64,000 bases of DNA from a virus. Taxonomy: Duplodnaviria; Caudoviricetes. Each line of letters opens with the position of its first letter. The first letter of the stretch is position 1. Of the stretch, positions 39,505 to 49,258 are shown piece after piece. A program made the position numbers and the translations under genes. The notes under the pieces were generated by a model that saw only the letters and a list, made by a program, of their open reading frames with translations, was not told the origin of the DNA and searched no databases. Location of the stretch: IMG/VR virus record IMGVR_UViG_3300010163_000010, positions 32,001-96,000 of that record; one strand, given 5' to 3'.

Positions 39505-40785
39505 ATGAATTCCATTACGGTAGGGGACCTGTACTTCTTGAAGAGCCCTATTATCAGCACTAGTCACAGTATCGAGCAGGAGAAGAAATTGAGCTACCTC
39601 CTGGGAACAGTGTCCACGAGGCCGGCTGTTGTTATCCGTGCTCCCGCGTGGTGGGATGAGTTCGAGACCGTTACGGTTATCCCCGCTATGAGCAAGGGCA
39701 ACCCCGCCTTGAAGATGCATCTGACTGATCGGTATGGGCGGATGTCCAAAGCCGAGTACCCGTTTATCCCGCACAACCCGTATACGGTTCCGGTGTCCAG
39801 GTTGGGTAAGTATATCGGCTCTTTGGACAGAGAGGAGCTTAAGGAGCTCTTATATGCTTTTACGTGGATCCATGATGCCACCATGCAGGAAAACCCGACC
39901 TGTAGAGTCCCGTCTATCTACCAGCACGTAAGAGCTAAAAAGATACCGCCGGTCAATAACTGGTTAGATCATCACGACATAAGAGCAGAAACGGAGCTCG
40001 TCGTCGATGAAAATAATATCTTGACTTGTAAGGAGGATCTGACGATGAATGGATTCAAGATCATTCCTGCCGACACCCCTGTCGAGAAGCAGGAACGCCC
40101 GAAAACCGTCGTAACCAAAGCTACCGCGTTCAAACCGAGAGCGCGTGATGAGTCCAAGGAGTTCCCGCCGTCGACGTTCAGCGATGAGACCCTGCACCAG
40201 GTCGCTTCCCGGTTTAATATTAGCGCTGGCTACTATAACAACACGATCACCAAGCGGGATCCGAGCGTTCTGCGGCCTGACGAGATTGATACCATCCGTA
40301 AGAATCTCACCGCAAGAGAGTTTGATGAGATGGCCCAGTACTATAAGACCTTGACGCCCTTCGATGCGTTTGTCCTCGGGCCTCGTCTGCCCACCAGGGT
40401 CCTCATCAACATCACCGGGTTCAGCTACGATAACACTCTGGTGCTGAAGTCTCTGTGCAACTATATGCGCGATATGGATACCGAGGAATACAAAACCAGA
40501 ATCGTCAACCGCGCAGTGAGCAAACTGACAAAGACTCAGGCACCTAAGCCTGCTGATCAATCGGCAGTCACGGAATCCACATCTCCGGATTACAAGCAAT
40601 ACCTGGCTCGGGTGAAGCCGTGGCTCAATCCGAAGAAGATCACTAAGATGCCGCCCAGTATGGCTGAGCTGTTCGTGCAGATTCCGATGGGCATGGTTAA
40701 GCGTGCGTACCATGGCACGCAGTTCGATCAGAAGTACGCTGCAGCTATGGAACTCTACAGCAAGACTACTTCCGGGAATAAGTAA
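39505..40785 (+). CDS. Protein with N-terminal PemK/MazF-like domain and long C-terminal extension
   Basis: GDLYFL..RPAVVI..TVTVIPAMS..TVPVSRLGKYIGSL..EEL pattern of the MazF fold. Confidence 0.65.
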   Translation: MNSITVGDLYFLKSPIISTSHSIEQEKKLSYLLGTVSTRPAVVIRAPAWWDEFETVTVIPAMSKGNPALKMHLTDRYGRMSKAEYPFIPHNPYTVPVSRLGKYIGSLDREELKELLYAFTWIHDATMQENPTCRVPSIYQHVRAKKIPPVNNWLDHHDIRAETELVVDENNILTCKEDLTMNGFKIIPADTPVEKQERPKTVVTKATAFKPRARDESKEFPPSTFSDETLHQVASRFNISAGYYNNTITKRDPSVLRPDEIDTIRKNLTAREFDEMAQYYKTLTPFDAFVLGPRLPTRVLINITGFSYDNTLVLKSLCNYMRDMDTEEYKTRIVNRAVSKLTKTQAPKPADQSAVTESTSPDYKQYLARVKPWLNPKKITKMPPSMAELFVQIPMGMVKRAYHGTQFDQKYAAAMELYSKTTSGNK

Positions 40786-40830
40786 AGTAAATCCACCTCC
40801 TTTAATATCTGATTTGAATTCCAACCCACA

Positions 40831-40848
40831 TATATACTATAATCATGA
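40831..40848 (+). promoter_or_regulatory. Putative early promoter motif
   Basis: TATATACTATAatcaTGA. Confidence 0.7.
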
Positions 40849-40883
40849 AGGTCAGAAGATCAAGATATAGGAGGTAGACAATT

Positions 40884-41129
40884 ATGACCATCGTCAACAA
40901 GATCGACAGCTCCGTGCTGGAGCGGTTGATAATCAACTCTCTCCGCAAGGCAAATGCGGGGAAGAGCAGCAGCGACATCGACTGGCAGGTTCAGTCGGTA
41001 AAAAAATTCATGAATAGTTTCGGCATCAAGTTCATCGATGCCATCGAATGCGAGGACGGCTGCGTGTACCAGTACAGCCGTTTTGGCAATATCACCAAGC
41101 AGGCGATCCGCACCTGCGAGATTGTGTAG
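40884..41129 (+). CDS. Small hypothetical protein
   Basis: 81 aa, AGGAGGT RBS, own promoter and terminator. Confidence 0.8.
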   Translation: MTIVNKIDSSVLERLIINSLRKANAGKSSSDIDWQVQSVKKFMNSFGIKFIDAIECEDGCVYQYSRFGNITKQAIRTCEIV

Positions 41130-41148
41130 TAGCAGCAGGAACGAGATG

Positions 41149-41180
41149 GCCCGGGGAAATCCCCGGGCCGTTTCTTTTTC
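41149..41180 (+). terminator. Intrinsic terminator
   Basis: GGCCCGGGGA/TCCCCGGGCC followed by T run. Confidence 0.85.
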
Positions 41181-41193
41181 CTGTGATGGGCAC

Positions 41194-41307
41194 GGAACCC
41201 ACTAGAACTTCGATAATCGACACTGCTTATCATACCATCAACGTAGTGATTAGGACCTTCATGTATTACAATGTTGTATACCCCACAGATAGCATCTGCC
41301 GCCGGCG
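41194..41307 (-). repeat. Dispersed in-frame variable cassette C (114 bp)
   Basis: Reads SPAADAICGVYNIVIHEGPNHYVDGMISSVDYRSSSGFR. Confidence 0.8.
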
Positions 41308-41371
41308 AGTGAAAATTTTATTTTTATTTTTGATTGTATACGGATCATCTTTATAAAGGATGTGATGCGTT

Positions 41372-41539
41372 ATGTTAGAGCCCGTTGATGTTCCCGATGA
41401 TAAGAATAATCATAAAATGCTCTATCCGAGTAATGATCACCCCATTTCTACTTGGTATGGGGTGATTCTTGAGGAAGGCCTTAGGAATGCAAGTAACTAT
41501 GTCACAACAACTCTGAAGCGTATGAGGGATACCGAATGA
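41372..41539 (+). CDS. Small hypothetical protein (55 aa) coupled to sbcD
   Basis: Manual translation MLEPVDVPDDKNNHK...RMRDTE*; AAGGATGTG RBS; ATGA overlap with sbcD. Confidence 0.55.
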   Translation: MLEPVDVPDDKNNHKMLYPSNDHPISTWYGVILEEGLRNASNYVTTTLKRMRDTE

Positions 41540-42720
41540 GGGATTTCAAAGTATTTGTGTCTTTGGCTGATCTTCACTTTGGCGTAAAGCATGTCTCAGC
41601 CGCTAGTATGCGGGATCAGCTGAAGGAACACTTTTTCAAGACCGTTGACCGGATGCCGTATCTTGATGGCATCTTTATTCTCGGCGATACTTTGCACACC
41701 ACAACGACGTCGTTGAACAGCGACTATTCTGAACTGTTCATGTGGTTTGCGAGTAAGATCTATAAGTTGGCCCGGAAGAGAAACGCCACGGTTATCTGGA
41801 TCGCTGGGACGTTGTCTCACGATGGCCAACAGTTGTCTACTATTAAGCACTATGTCAACAATGACGATGGAATAGACTTCAGGGTATACGATACGGTTGA
41901 AGAGACCGAGATTTGGGATACCTATAAGCTGCTCATTCTCCCTGACGTGAAGGTTAAGAAGCTTAGTGACATTGGAGATAAGCTGGTGCCTGGTCGGTAC
42001 GATATGATCCTTGGACATGGTACTATCGATACTATGCAGTACTTTGTTCAGGAATCAGAAAACATGCCCACTAAGACCTATGTCTATGATGTCGAAAAAT
42101 TGATGGCCGCATCGAAAGGCCCTGTGATGTTTGGCCATATTCATCAGTACCAGACTATCGCCAATAAGTTCTGCTATGTGGGACCGTTCACGATGCTTGA
42201 GCGTGGCTGGCAGGACGCTGGTTTCGTTATCGGCGCTATCTACAATAAGGACACAACGAAATTCAAGTTTGAGCACTACTTAAATCCGGATTCCGCATCG
42301 TATACTGAAATTAATGTCACTCGGCATATTCTTAATACCATACCTATCGATGAGATCATTGAGTCTATCGATGAGATCATCAGCGAGACAAAAGAAAATG
42401 ATCTGATTACACTTCGTATTACTCGTGGGGATGAGATCAGTTCTGCTGAAAAAGTTATGATGTTAGAGAATCGGTATCGTTCTGACCGACGGATCTCTAT
42501 TGTGAAGAAGATCAAGAACAAGCAGGATCGGGATCGCGAGCAAGTTCAGAAGGATCGTAAGGATCATTTTGCTTATCTCATGGATGAAACTGAAGATCTC
42601 CCGGTAATTCTGTATCGGTACTATGAAGAGGAGATCAAACCTACAATTCCGGCTAACAGCGGGGCTGATAATCTGGTTCTTGAAGATTTCATCCGCGCTT
42701 TAAGCACCCCTACAAACTAG
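41536..42720 (+). CDS. sbcD: SbcD/Mre11-like metallophosphoesterase nuclease
   Basis: ADLHFG, ILGD, GTLSHD, LGHG, FGHIH motifs. Confidence 0.88.
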   Translation: MRDFKVFVSLADLHFGVKHVSAASMRDQLKEHFFKTVDRMPYLDGIFILGDTLHTTTTSLNSDYSELFMWFASKIYKLARKRNATVIWIAGTLSHDGQQLSTIKHYVNNDDGIDFRVYDTVEETEIWDTYKLLILPDVKVKKLSDIGDKLVPGRYDMILGHGTIDTMQYFVQESENMPTKTYVYDVEKLMAASKGPVMFGHIHQYQTIANKFCYVGPFTMLERGWQDAGFVIGAIYNKDTTKFKFEHYLNPDSASYTEINVTRHILNTIPIDEIIESIDEIISETKENDLITLRITRGDEISSAEKVMMLENRYRSDRRISIVKKIKNKQDRDREQVQKDRKDHFAYLMDETEDLPVILYRYYEEEIKPTIPANSGADNLVLEDFIRALSTPTN

Positions 42721-42740
42721 GTAAAGGATCAATTAGTACA

Positions 42741-42768
42741 AAGCCGGGCCTTCGGGGGTCCGGCTTTT
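42741..42768 (+). terminator. Intrinsic terminator
   Basis: AAGCCGGGCC TTCG GGGTCCGGCTT followed by T. Confidence 0.75.
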
Positions 42769-42795
42769 CTGTTCTTACATCCGTTTGAACTATTC

Positions 42796-42813
42796 TATAT
42801 ACTATTACCTTGA
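42796..42813 (+). promoter_or_regulatory. Putative early promoter motif
   Basis: TATATACTATTacctTGA upstream of the helicase gene. Confidence 0.6.
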
Positions 42814-42831
42814 GCATGGTGGGGTTTCCAT

Positions 42832-44619
42832 ATGAGCATGAATTATTTGAAAATGCTTACGGCTGTCGATAAGCTTCCGGTTCATACCGACATTGAGACT
42901 CTTGACATATATTGCGAGTATCTTTTGAATGATACCAGCAAATACATTAACTACGCGAATTTGACTAATCTTCAGGATTACATTGAGAGAATGGATCCGA
43001 AGGTTTTTATCACCAATGATGCCAAGATGGCTCGGTATGAATTTGTTCGATGCTATCTGGAGGCCCGTATAACTCGTGGTATCGTTTCGCGCAAGATGTG
43101 TTTGCGTTATATTGCTGAAAACGTTGAGCACCGGTACTGGAAAATTATTCAGCGGGACATCCTGAACTCGATCGAAGAGGATTCGCTGAAGAAGAAAGAT
43201 ATCGAGTTCATCAATGACATGGTGTTCGCTCAGTTGAACGTCATGTTCCTGCATAAGTATCGTGCTCCTCTTGTGCGTCTTCTGGAAGACCTTGAGAACA
43301 ATGAGTTTGGTAAGACTCCTGAAGACTGCTCGAATGCTATTCAGCTATTCCAATCTGCGCTGAATGAACTCACAACAGCTCAGCGTAGGTCCAAGCAGGA
43401 TAACCGGTTTAATCTCACTGACGCGAATCATTTCTATGCCGTTATGTCCGAGGCGTGTGCTCGGTTTTTGTCCGATAGCCAGTATTGGCAAACTGGCATG
43501 CAAGGACTGAACGATATGCTCGGTGGTGGTCTTGAGAATTCCCGTACGTACAATATCATTGGTGCAACGGGTGGTTTTAAGTCCGGTCTTCTGTTGAACT
43601 TGATGAAGATGGTGAAGCTTCGTAATAAGGGTCATGAGCACAAAGATCCCAAGAAGCGTCCGACCATTCTGTTTTTGTCCCAAGAGAATAATATTTGGGA
43701 GACCATTCTCCGTATCTTTAATATTTTTGGTACTACAAAGAACGTGCGTAACTTTACCGCAGCTGAGATTATGGAGATCTTGGCCAAGGGTGGTTTCTGC
43801 CTGGTTAATGATGATCTGGATATCGATATCGAATTCCGGTACTATGGGAACATGGACATTGGTGTCAATGATATCCGCGGTATTGTTGAAGAGATCGAGA
43901 ATGGCAACCGCGAGGTCATCGGTATCTTCCAGGACTATATTGAGAGGCTTCGTCCGCCGGTTATGAGCGTAGATCGCCGCACACAACTCAGCGATTGTTC
44001 TAACCAGCTTCATGACCTGGCGATTGACCTGGACATCTGGATTGTCACCGGTTCTCAGTTTAACCGTAATGGTGTTGCGGTTATTGAGGATATGCGTGCT
44101 TCGAATAAGCATGACATCGGCATGAAGGTTGGCAGCAAGGACATTTCTGAGTCCTTTGGTATGCTCAAGAACTTCGATGTGAATATCTGTATTATCATCG
44201 AGTATGACGCTAACGAGGAGCGGTTCTGGTTATCGTTCCGACGATTAAAATTCCGCGGTGACGACACCGATAGGTTGAGCTACTTTGTTCAACCGTTTGT
44301 TGGCAAGAACAGTAAGATTCAGCTCATGGAGGATATTAATCTGGAGCAGCCGTTGTATCGAACCTCTATGATCGATGAGGTCAACGCCGGAATCATCGAT
44401 GATGCTGTAGCCATGAAGGATATCACCAGAAGGACCAGAACTATTCTGGAGCCGCTGACCGATGATCCTGAGGATATCGATATCGCAAACTTCGTTGGCG
44501 AGTATATGAGCGATCTGGCCAAGTCTACCGGTGAACGGTCTGATGGCCGTATCGACGATGTTGATGGGTTCTACGTCTTGATTCCTGCACTTCCGGGGAT
44601 GATGACGATTACCAAATAG
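42832..44619 (+). CDS. dnaB: DnaB-like replicative helicase
   Basis: TG..GLNDMLGGG, Walker A GATGGFKS, FLSQEN, QDYI, TGSQFNR, ISES, KFR. Confidence 0.9.
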   Translation: MSMNYLKMLTAVDKLPVHTDIETLDIYCEYLLNDTSKYINYANLTNLQDYIERMDPKVFITNDAKMARYEFVRCYLEARITRGIVSRKMCLRYIAENVEHRYWKIIQRDILNSIEEDSLKKKDIEFINDMVFAQLNVMFLHKYRAPLVRLLEDLENNEFGKTPEDCSNAIQLFQSALNELTTAQRRSKQDNRFNLTDANHFYAVMSEACARFLSDSQYWQTGMQGLNDMLGGGLENSRTYNIIGATGGFKSGLLLNLMKMVKLRNKGHEHKDPKKRPTILFLSQENNIWETILRIFNIFGTTKNVRNFTAAEIMEILAKGGFCLVNDDLDIDIEFRYYGNMDIGVNDIRGIVEEIENGNREVIGIFQDYIERLRPPVMSVDRRTQLSDCSNQLHDLAIDLDIWIVTGSQFNRNGVAVIEDMRASNKHDIGMKVGSKDISESFGMLKNFDVNICIIIEYDANEERFWLSFRRLKFRGDDTDRLSYFVQPFVGKNSKIQLMEDINLEQPLYRTSMIDEVNAGIIDDAVAMKDITRRTRTILEPLTDDPEDIDIANFVGEYMSDLAKSTGERSDGRIDDVDGFYVLIPALPGMMTITK

Positions 44620-44644
44620 ATTTTACAAATAGGAGGAACTACAT

Positions 44645-45295
44645 ATGGCTAATGACAAACCCCTTGTTAAGGCCGAGAACGTAGAGATCTTTTGGATCGA
44701 GTGCAATGAGGAGGCCGCGATCGATGCCAAGAAGTCCGAGGAGGTCACCACGGCATTTCTCAACGAGACACTCCTACCGAAGCTGACTGCCATGGCTACC
44801 CAGCCGTGCATGTGTCAGCAGAAGGAGCTGCAGGAGCGCGCTATCGCTAAGGCCAGGCTGATGCCCAATCTGTCTACAGCTAGGGCTGTTGCCGTGGAGA
44901 TCACTCAGGCCGACGTTGATCGATTTGAGTACGGCGTGGTGGTCACGCTTAATGCCGGCATTGATCCTATCATCGTCTGCATTATCGAGAGCTGCAAGTG
45001 CTGTGGCCGGGTCAGAACCATCCAGGGTTCGGCGAAGGATGTTACACTGCTTGTGGCTCGTGCCGTTACCAGTGCTCTCAACGACGGAACTATTCCTATT
45101 CCGTATGACATTCAGCCTGCGACTGACGGTACCCCTAAGGTGGATGTGCCCCTTAGCGAGTATGCCATGGAGGACTTGGATACCGGCGAGGTTACCGCCT
45201 GTGACAGCCTCGGCAAAGCTCTCTTTGGGAATAACAGCACGGAAGACGTTATGATCTCGGATATCGACGAAAAGCCTCCTGCAGCCGAGAAGTAA
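44645..45295 (+). CDS. Hypothetical protein with Cys motifs
   Basis: 216 aa, AGGAGG RBS, CMC and CKCCG. Confidence 0.8.
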   Translation: MANDKPLVKAENVEIFWIECNEEAAIDAKKSEEVTTAFLNETLLPKLTAMATQPCMCQQKELQERAIAKARLMPNLSTARAVAVEITQADVDRFEYGVVVTLNAGIDPIIVCIIESCKCCGRVRTIQGSAKDVTLLVARAVTSALNDGTIPIPYDIQPATDGTPKVDVPLSEYAMEDLDTGEVTACDSLGKALFGNNSTEDVMISDIDEKPPAAEK

Positions 45296-45300
45296 ATAAA

Positions 45301-45328
45301 GTCGGGTGGGCATAATAACCCACCCGAC
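45301..45328. terminator. Bidirectional terminator
   Basis: GTCGGGTGGG/CCCACCCGAC between convergent genes. Confidence 0.75.
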
Positions 45329-45330
45329 TG

Positions 45331-45786
45331 CTACACGATGTCTTCCCCGACGTGTTTGAGATGCTCATTCCAGTTCTTTTTGATGCTTATTGCTGACCGG
45401 GTTGCGATCGTATCAAATACAGTACCGATCAACTTCGGCGGAATGTACCGCATAGTTTGCTTCAGGTAGAACTGGGATGGGCACTCTCGATCGTTTAGAT
45501 ACATAAGCATCCACCACAAACTCGGGGTATCGTAAATATCAAGACTGAGCAGGTACGGCTTGAACTTATAGTACCTTCGTTCAGCTAGAGTCACCTTTAA
45601 CTCCTCGACGTATGGGGCGACAAACTTGTAGTATATCTCGAACAGGTTCTTATCGGGCACTACAAGCGTTCCATCGTCGGTCGTGCTGTAGAAGGTGATT
45701 TTGTTGACGTCATACCGATCCTTGCGGTTAATGATATCGTCAAGAGTCCGGATTACCTTGGTTTGTGTCTCTGTTGGGATGGCCAT
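45331..45786 (-). CDS. Baseplate wedge protein (T4 gp53/LysM-like)
   Basis: YKFKPYLLSLDIYDTPSLWWMLMYLN pattern. Confidence 0.65.
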   Translation of the reverse strand: MAIPTETQTKVIRTLDDIINRKDRYDVNKITFYSTTDDGTLVVPDKNLFEIYYKFVAPYVEELKVTLAERRYYKFKPYLLSLDIYDTPSLWWMLMYLNDRECPSQFYLKQTMRYIPPKLIGTVFDTIATRSAISIKKNWNEHLKHVGEDIV

Positions 45787-45789
45787 GAA

Positions 45790-46128
45790 TTATCCCTCCT
45801 TCTTTTCCTTCTCTTTATCTCGAATAAACATTAGAAATCCCTCATCGACTTTACCGGTAGGGAAAATGAGAAGGAACTCCGCACCCTTATTGAATCTGAC
45901 CGGGCATCGGGTTCCAGCAAGGATTGGAAGTTCCAGCGCGTGGTCTGCTTCAATAAGTCCGGCGGTTACCGGATAGTTTTCGTTGACAAAATATCCGCTG
46001 TTCAGTGTGATTTTGTCCACAGTGTCATCCTGCGGAACAGTTGGCATATATTCAGGAACATTAACCTGCACTTTGAAATTGATGCGGTGTGTGATATCTT
46101 TATAGTCACGAGCCGCATATGCCTTCAT
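45790..46128 (-). CDS. Hypothetical protein, possibly baseplate-related
   Basis: Beta-rich ORF upstream of the gp53-like gene; start position uncertain. Confidence 0.6.
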   Translation of the reverse strand: MKAYAARDYKDITHRINFKVQVNVPEYMPTVPQDDTVDKITLNSGYFVNENYPVTAGLIEADHALELPILAGTRCPVRFNKGAEFLLIFPTGKVDEGFLMFIRDKEKEKKEG

Positions 46129-46261
46129 GATAAGGCGGTCTTTCTTGATTACGTGACTCTGTTTACGTCCAAGAGTGGAGTTCTTTTCCATACATGACAC
46201 CTTCAATCACGATGGTAATTTGATTTATAACTTTGTCCAAGAGAGGGGTGATACATCACAA

Positions 46262-47593
46262 ATGAGTAAAAAGGGTAAACTCGGAAGAAAGGTGCAGCCT
46301 CCTAAAGATGGTCCTATTCATATAGGTAATAAGATAGAATACAACACGCTTACCCGCAGTCAGAAGAAGGCCGATAAGATCTTCAGTGACTGGTTTTTTG
46401 GAGAAAAGAACTCTGATACTCAGATACTTCGGATAGGTGCAACCGGAGGAAGCGGAAAGTCGTATCTGATCAGTTACTTGCTGGATGCATACAATTTCGA
46501 TCAGTCGAATTGTTATGTCATGGCATACACGGGACAGGCCGTGAATGTTCTGCGTAAGAATCAGATTTTGGCCAACACGATTCACTCCACGGTTATGTAT
46601 CCCAAAGAGGAACCCGTGTATGATAAAGAGACCGGGAAACCGCTGCTGAAACGTGGTGTACCTGTAACCAAGCAGGTATTTGTTCCTCTGAGAAGAATCC
46701 CTTCGGAGATACAACTTATCATCATTGATGAGGCATCATTCCTCCCTGAGGAACTTGAGAATATCCTGAAGAGATACAATGTTCCTATTTTGGAGGTAGG
46801 CGATCCCATACAGCTTCCTCCTGTTGGGGATAGGCAGGTATTCACCATGGATACTCTTAATTATTTCTTCGATGAAGTAATGCGTCAAGACCGAGACAGC
46901 GGGATCTATGATCTGGCCAATAAACTTCGTCGTGGAGATAATATCTATTTGTCTGATTACCATGATGATATGCTGTTTCTTCATGCACAGCAAACGGTGG
47001 AAGAGACGTTCTATCGGTTCCTGCCGTTCTTTCGATCTGCGGATATCATCATTACTAATACCAACAAGCAGCGGCAGATTGTGACTGATTTGTATCGCAA
47101 GGTCATCCTGAAGGCTAAGACCCCATATCCGATGAAAGGTGAGAAGGTTATTTGTCGTCGTAATAACCGGCAATTGTTCTTGGATCAGTATATTCTCACC
47201 AATGGTACTATCGGTACCGCGTTGGATACAGTTGGCAGGAGTCAGATAGATAAGCAAGCTGGAACGTTCTTTATGGATTTCCAGCCGGATGTCACGAAGC
47301 ATCTTGGGATGTATTATACCAATCTTGTGTGTGACAGCGAATTCTTTCGCAAGAATTATGGTGTGACTGATGATTTGGCATATAAGCGGCCTGGAGAGAA
47401 GTTTGAGTTCGCACATGCCATCACCACACATCTATCTCAGGGGGCCAGTTTTCCTACGGTGTTGTACATGGATTCATACAACCGTGATCCTGAGTATCAG
47501 ATGCGCATACGTTACACCGCAATAACACGGGCGGAACAGCGAGTGATATATATTCTGCCCTATACACCATATCCAGACTGGGAGGTATTTTAA
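46262..47593 (+). CDS. Dda/RecD-like SF1 DNA helicase
   Basis: GATGGSGKS, AYTGQA, NTIHS, IIDEAS, GDPIQLPPV, EVMRQ, AITTHLSQG, YTAITRA. Confidence 0.92.
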   Translation: MSKKGKLGRKVQPPKDGPIHIGNKIEYNTLTRSQKKADKIFSDWFFGEKNSDTQILRIGATGGSGKSYLISYLLDAYNFDQSNCYVMAYTGQAVNVLRKNQILANTIHSTVMYPKEEPVYDKETGKPLLKRGVPVTKQVFVPLRRIPSEIQLIIIDEASFLPEELENILKRYNVPILEVGDPIQLPPVGDRQVFTMDTLNYFFDEVMRQDRDSGIYDLANKLRRGDNIYLSDYHDDMLFLHAQQTVEETFYRFLPFFRSADIIITNTNKQRQIVTDLYRKVILKAKTPYPMKGEKVICRRNNRQLFLDQYILTNGTIGTALDTVGRSQIDKQAGTFFMDFQPDVTKHLGMYYTNLVCDSEFFRKNYGVTDDLAYKRPGEKFEFAHAITTHLSQGASFPTVLYMDSYNRDPEYQMRIRYTAITRAEQRVIYILPYTPYPDWEVF

Positions 47594-48597
47594 TGGAACT
47601 TGAACGTTTGCCGAAGATCTTTTATTACCTGGAGATAGCTAAGGCTGCCTCCAGGCGTGCTACTTGCCTGAGGAGGCACTATGGTGTTGTAATCGTGAAA
47701 GATGATGAGATCGTCTCCACCGGTTACAACGGTGCTGCTCGTGGCATTGAGGATTGTCTTGAGCGAGGCACCTGCACGCGCAAAGAACTCGGTATCCCCA
47801 GGGGTACCAACTACGAGGCGTGCTTGGCCCGTGATACCAGGATTATGTCTCCGGCTGGATCTCATCTGAGCATTGAGTGGTTCGCTAATGCTAATGCGGC
47901 CGAATTTGACGTATATGCGGTTGATCCTGATACCGGTAAGTTCGTCAGAACTAAGGCCGAGCGTGCATTTAAGACCAAAGATGTGATGCAACTAACACGG
48001 GTGCATTTTGATCACGGTGGATATGTCGATTGCACCGAGGATCATCGCATCATGATGTCTAACTTCACGTACAAGGCGGCTAGCGAGCTTAAACTTGATG
48101 ACTTGGTAATGGGTATGCGCTATGTGTCTGTTATGGGATGTGCGCCTCATGCCGACATTGTTCCGCTTAGGTACACTCATAAGGTTACTAAGCTTGAACA
48201 CGTCGATTATCGCGGTCCAGTGTATGACATCACTGTTCCCGAGTATCACAACTTCGCTATCAATCTTGGCGACATGAGCTGCATATTTGTGCATAACTGC
48301 CGGTCTGTGCACGCAGAAGCCAATGCCTTGATCTCGGCTGGACGCAAGCAGCTTATTCACGGCACGATGTACCTGTATGGATGGGACGTTGAAGCTCAGC
48401 AAGTTGTTCGTCGGCCTAATGTCTGTATCATGTGCAGGCGGATGATCATTAACTCCGGCCTGGATCAAGTTATCTATGCCGATCCTGATGGATTAGCATA
48501 CAATAAAGAAGTTGGTTATGGCTATCGGGCAGAGAATATCTCTGATTGGGTTAAGGCTGGCGAGCCTGCAATAGAGCCTGGAAAACCGGGTTATTGA
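47593..48597 (+). CDS. dCMP deaminase containing an intein
   Basis: RATC.RR..G.VIV, TGYNG, HAEANA, C.MC..MIINSG; interrupted by a 159-aa insertion. Confidence 0.92.
   Translation: MELERLPKIFYYLEIAKAASRRATCLRRHYGVVIVKDDEIVSTGYNGAARGIEDCLERGTCTRKELGIPRGTNYEACLARDTRIMSPAGSHLSIEWFANANAAEFDVYAVDPDTGKFVRTKAERAFKTKDVMQLTRVHFDHGGYVDCTEDHRIMMSNFTYKAASELKLDDLVMGMRYVSVMGCAPHADIVPLRYTHKVTKLEHVDYRGPVYDITVPEYHNFAINLGDMSCIFVHNCRSVHAEANALISAGRKQLIHGTMYLYGWDVEAQQVVRRPNVCIMCRRMIINSGLDQVIYADPDGLAYNKEVGYGYRAENISDWVKAGEPAIEPGKPGY
47821..48297 (+). mobile_element. Mini-intein (no homing endonuclease)
   Basis: Block A CLARDTRI, block B CTEDHRI, block F VYDITV..HNF, block G FVHN followed by Cys+1. Confidence 0.93.
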
Positions 48598-48605
48598 TAC
48601 CTTCC

Positions 48606-48617
48606 AACAACAGTATA
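48606..48617 (+). promoter_or_regulatory. Putative late-type promoter AACA-N6-TA
   Basis: AACAACAGTATA, identical to the copy upstream of gyrB. Confidence 0.6.
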
Positions 48618-48648
48618 ACCCAATCGAATAGAAAGGCAGGTATCTAAG

Positions 48649-49245
48649 ATGGCCATGCGCATTGCCGATTTCTGCATTGAACAGGTCAAGGCTAAAGGCT
48701 GGTTTTCTATTGCCAACCTGTACTTCGATAACTCTTACTGCATCTTCCCATTCACACAGGCCGGCCGCGTGTGTTATTCTCCGTCGGCCGACGTTTTCTT
48801 TTCCACAAGCACCATCGACTCGGTGAATACCCAGCATATGATGTGGTATTATCTGGCTGAGGCAGATGACCGGCATTTGTCTTTGTACCAGACGTTCACT
48901 TGTACCGGTGGGGATCATCTGCAGCATTTCGATTCTCATCTGTTTAACTACTCTCGGCAAACACCTTCTGGGATCGATGAGTTCCCAGTTCCTACGCTGC
49001 CCTCTGAGGCTACGGTAAAGGGATACACTCTGGACGAAAACGGTCAGTATGTCTCTGGCGGCAGGCATGAAGAGATCTGCATGGAAGATGACCGCATTAT
49101 CTCTGCGTTGGATTTGTACCCTGAGCGTAAATCGTTGTATGATTACATTGGCGTTCAGATCGGCGGGTACCAGGAGTTTATCAAGAATCACGAGGTCTTT
49201 TGCAAGGCTGTGAACAAACACTTCAATCTCTCGGACTGTATTTAA
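48649..49245 (+). CDS. Hypothetical protein
   Basis: 198-aa ORF, GAAAGG RBS. Confidence 0.75.
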   Translation: MAMRIADFCIEQVKAKGWFSIANLYFDNSYCIFPFTQAGRVCYSPSADVFFSTSTIDSVNTQHMMWYYLAEADDRHLSLYQTFTCTGGDHLQHFDSHLFNYSRQTPSGIDEFPVPTLPSEATVKGYTLDENGQYVSGGRHEEICMEDDRIISALDLYPERKSLYDYIGVQIGGYQEFIKNHEVFCKAVNKHFNLSDCI

Positions 49246-49258
49246 ATACACGCCAACA

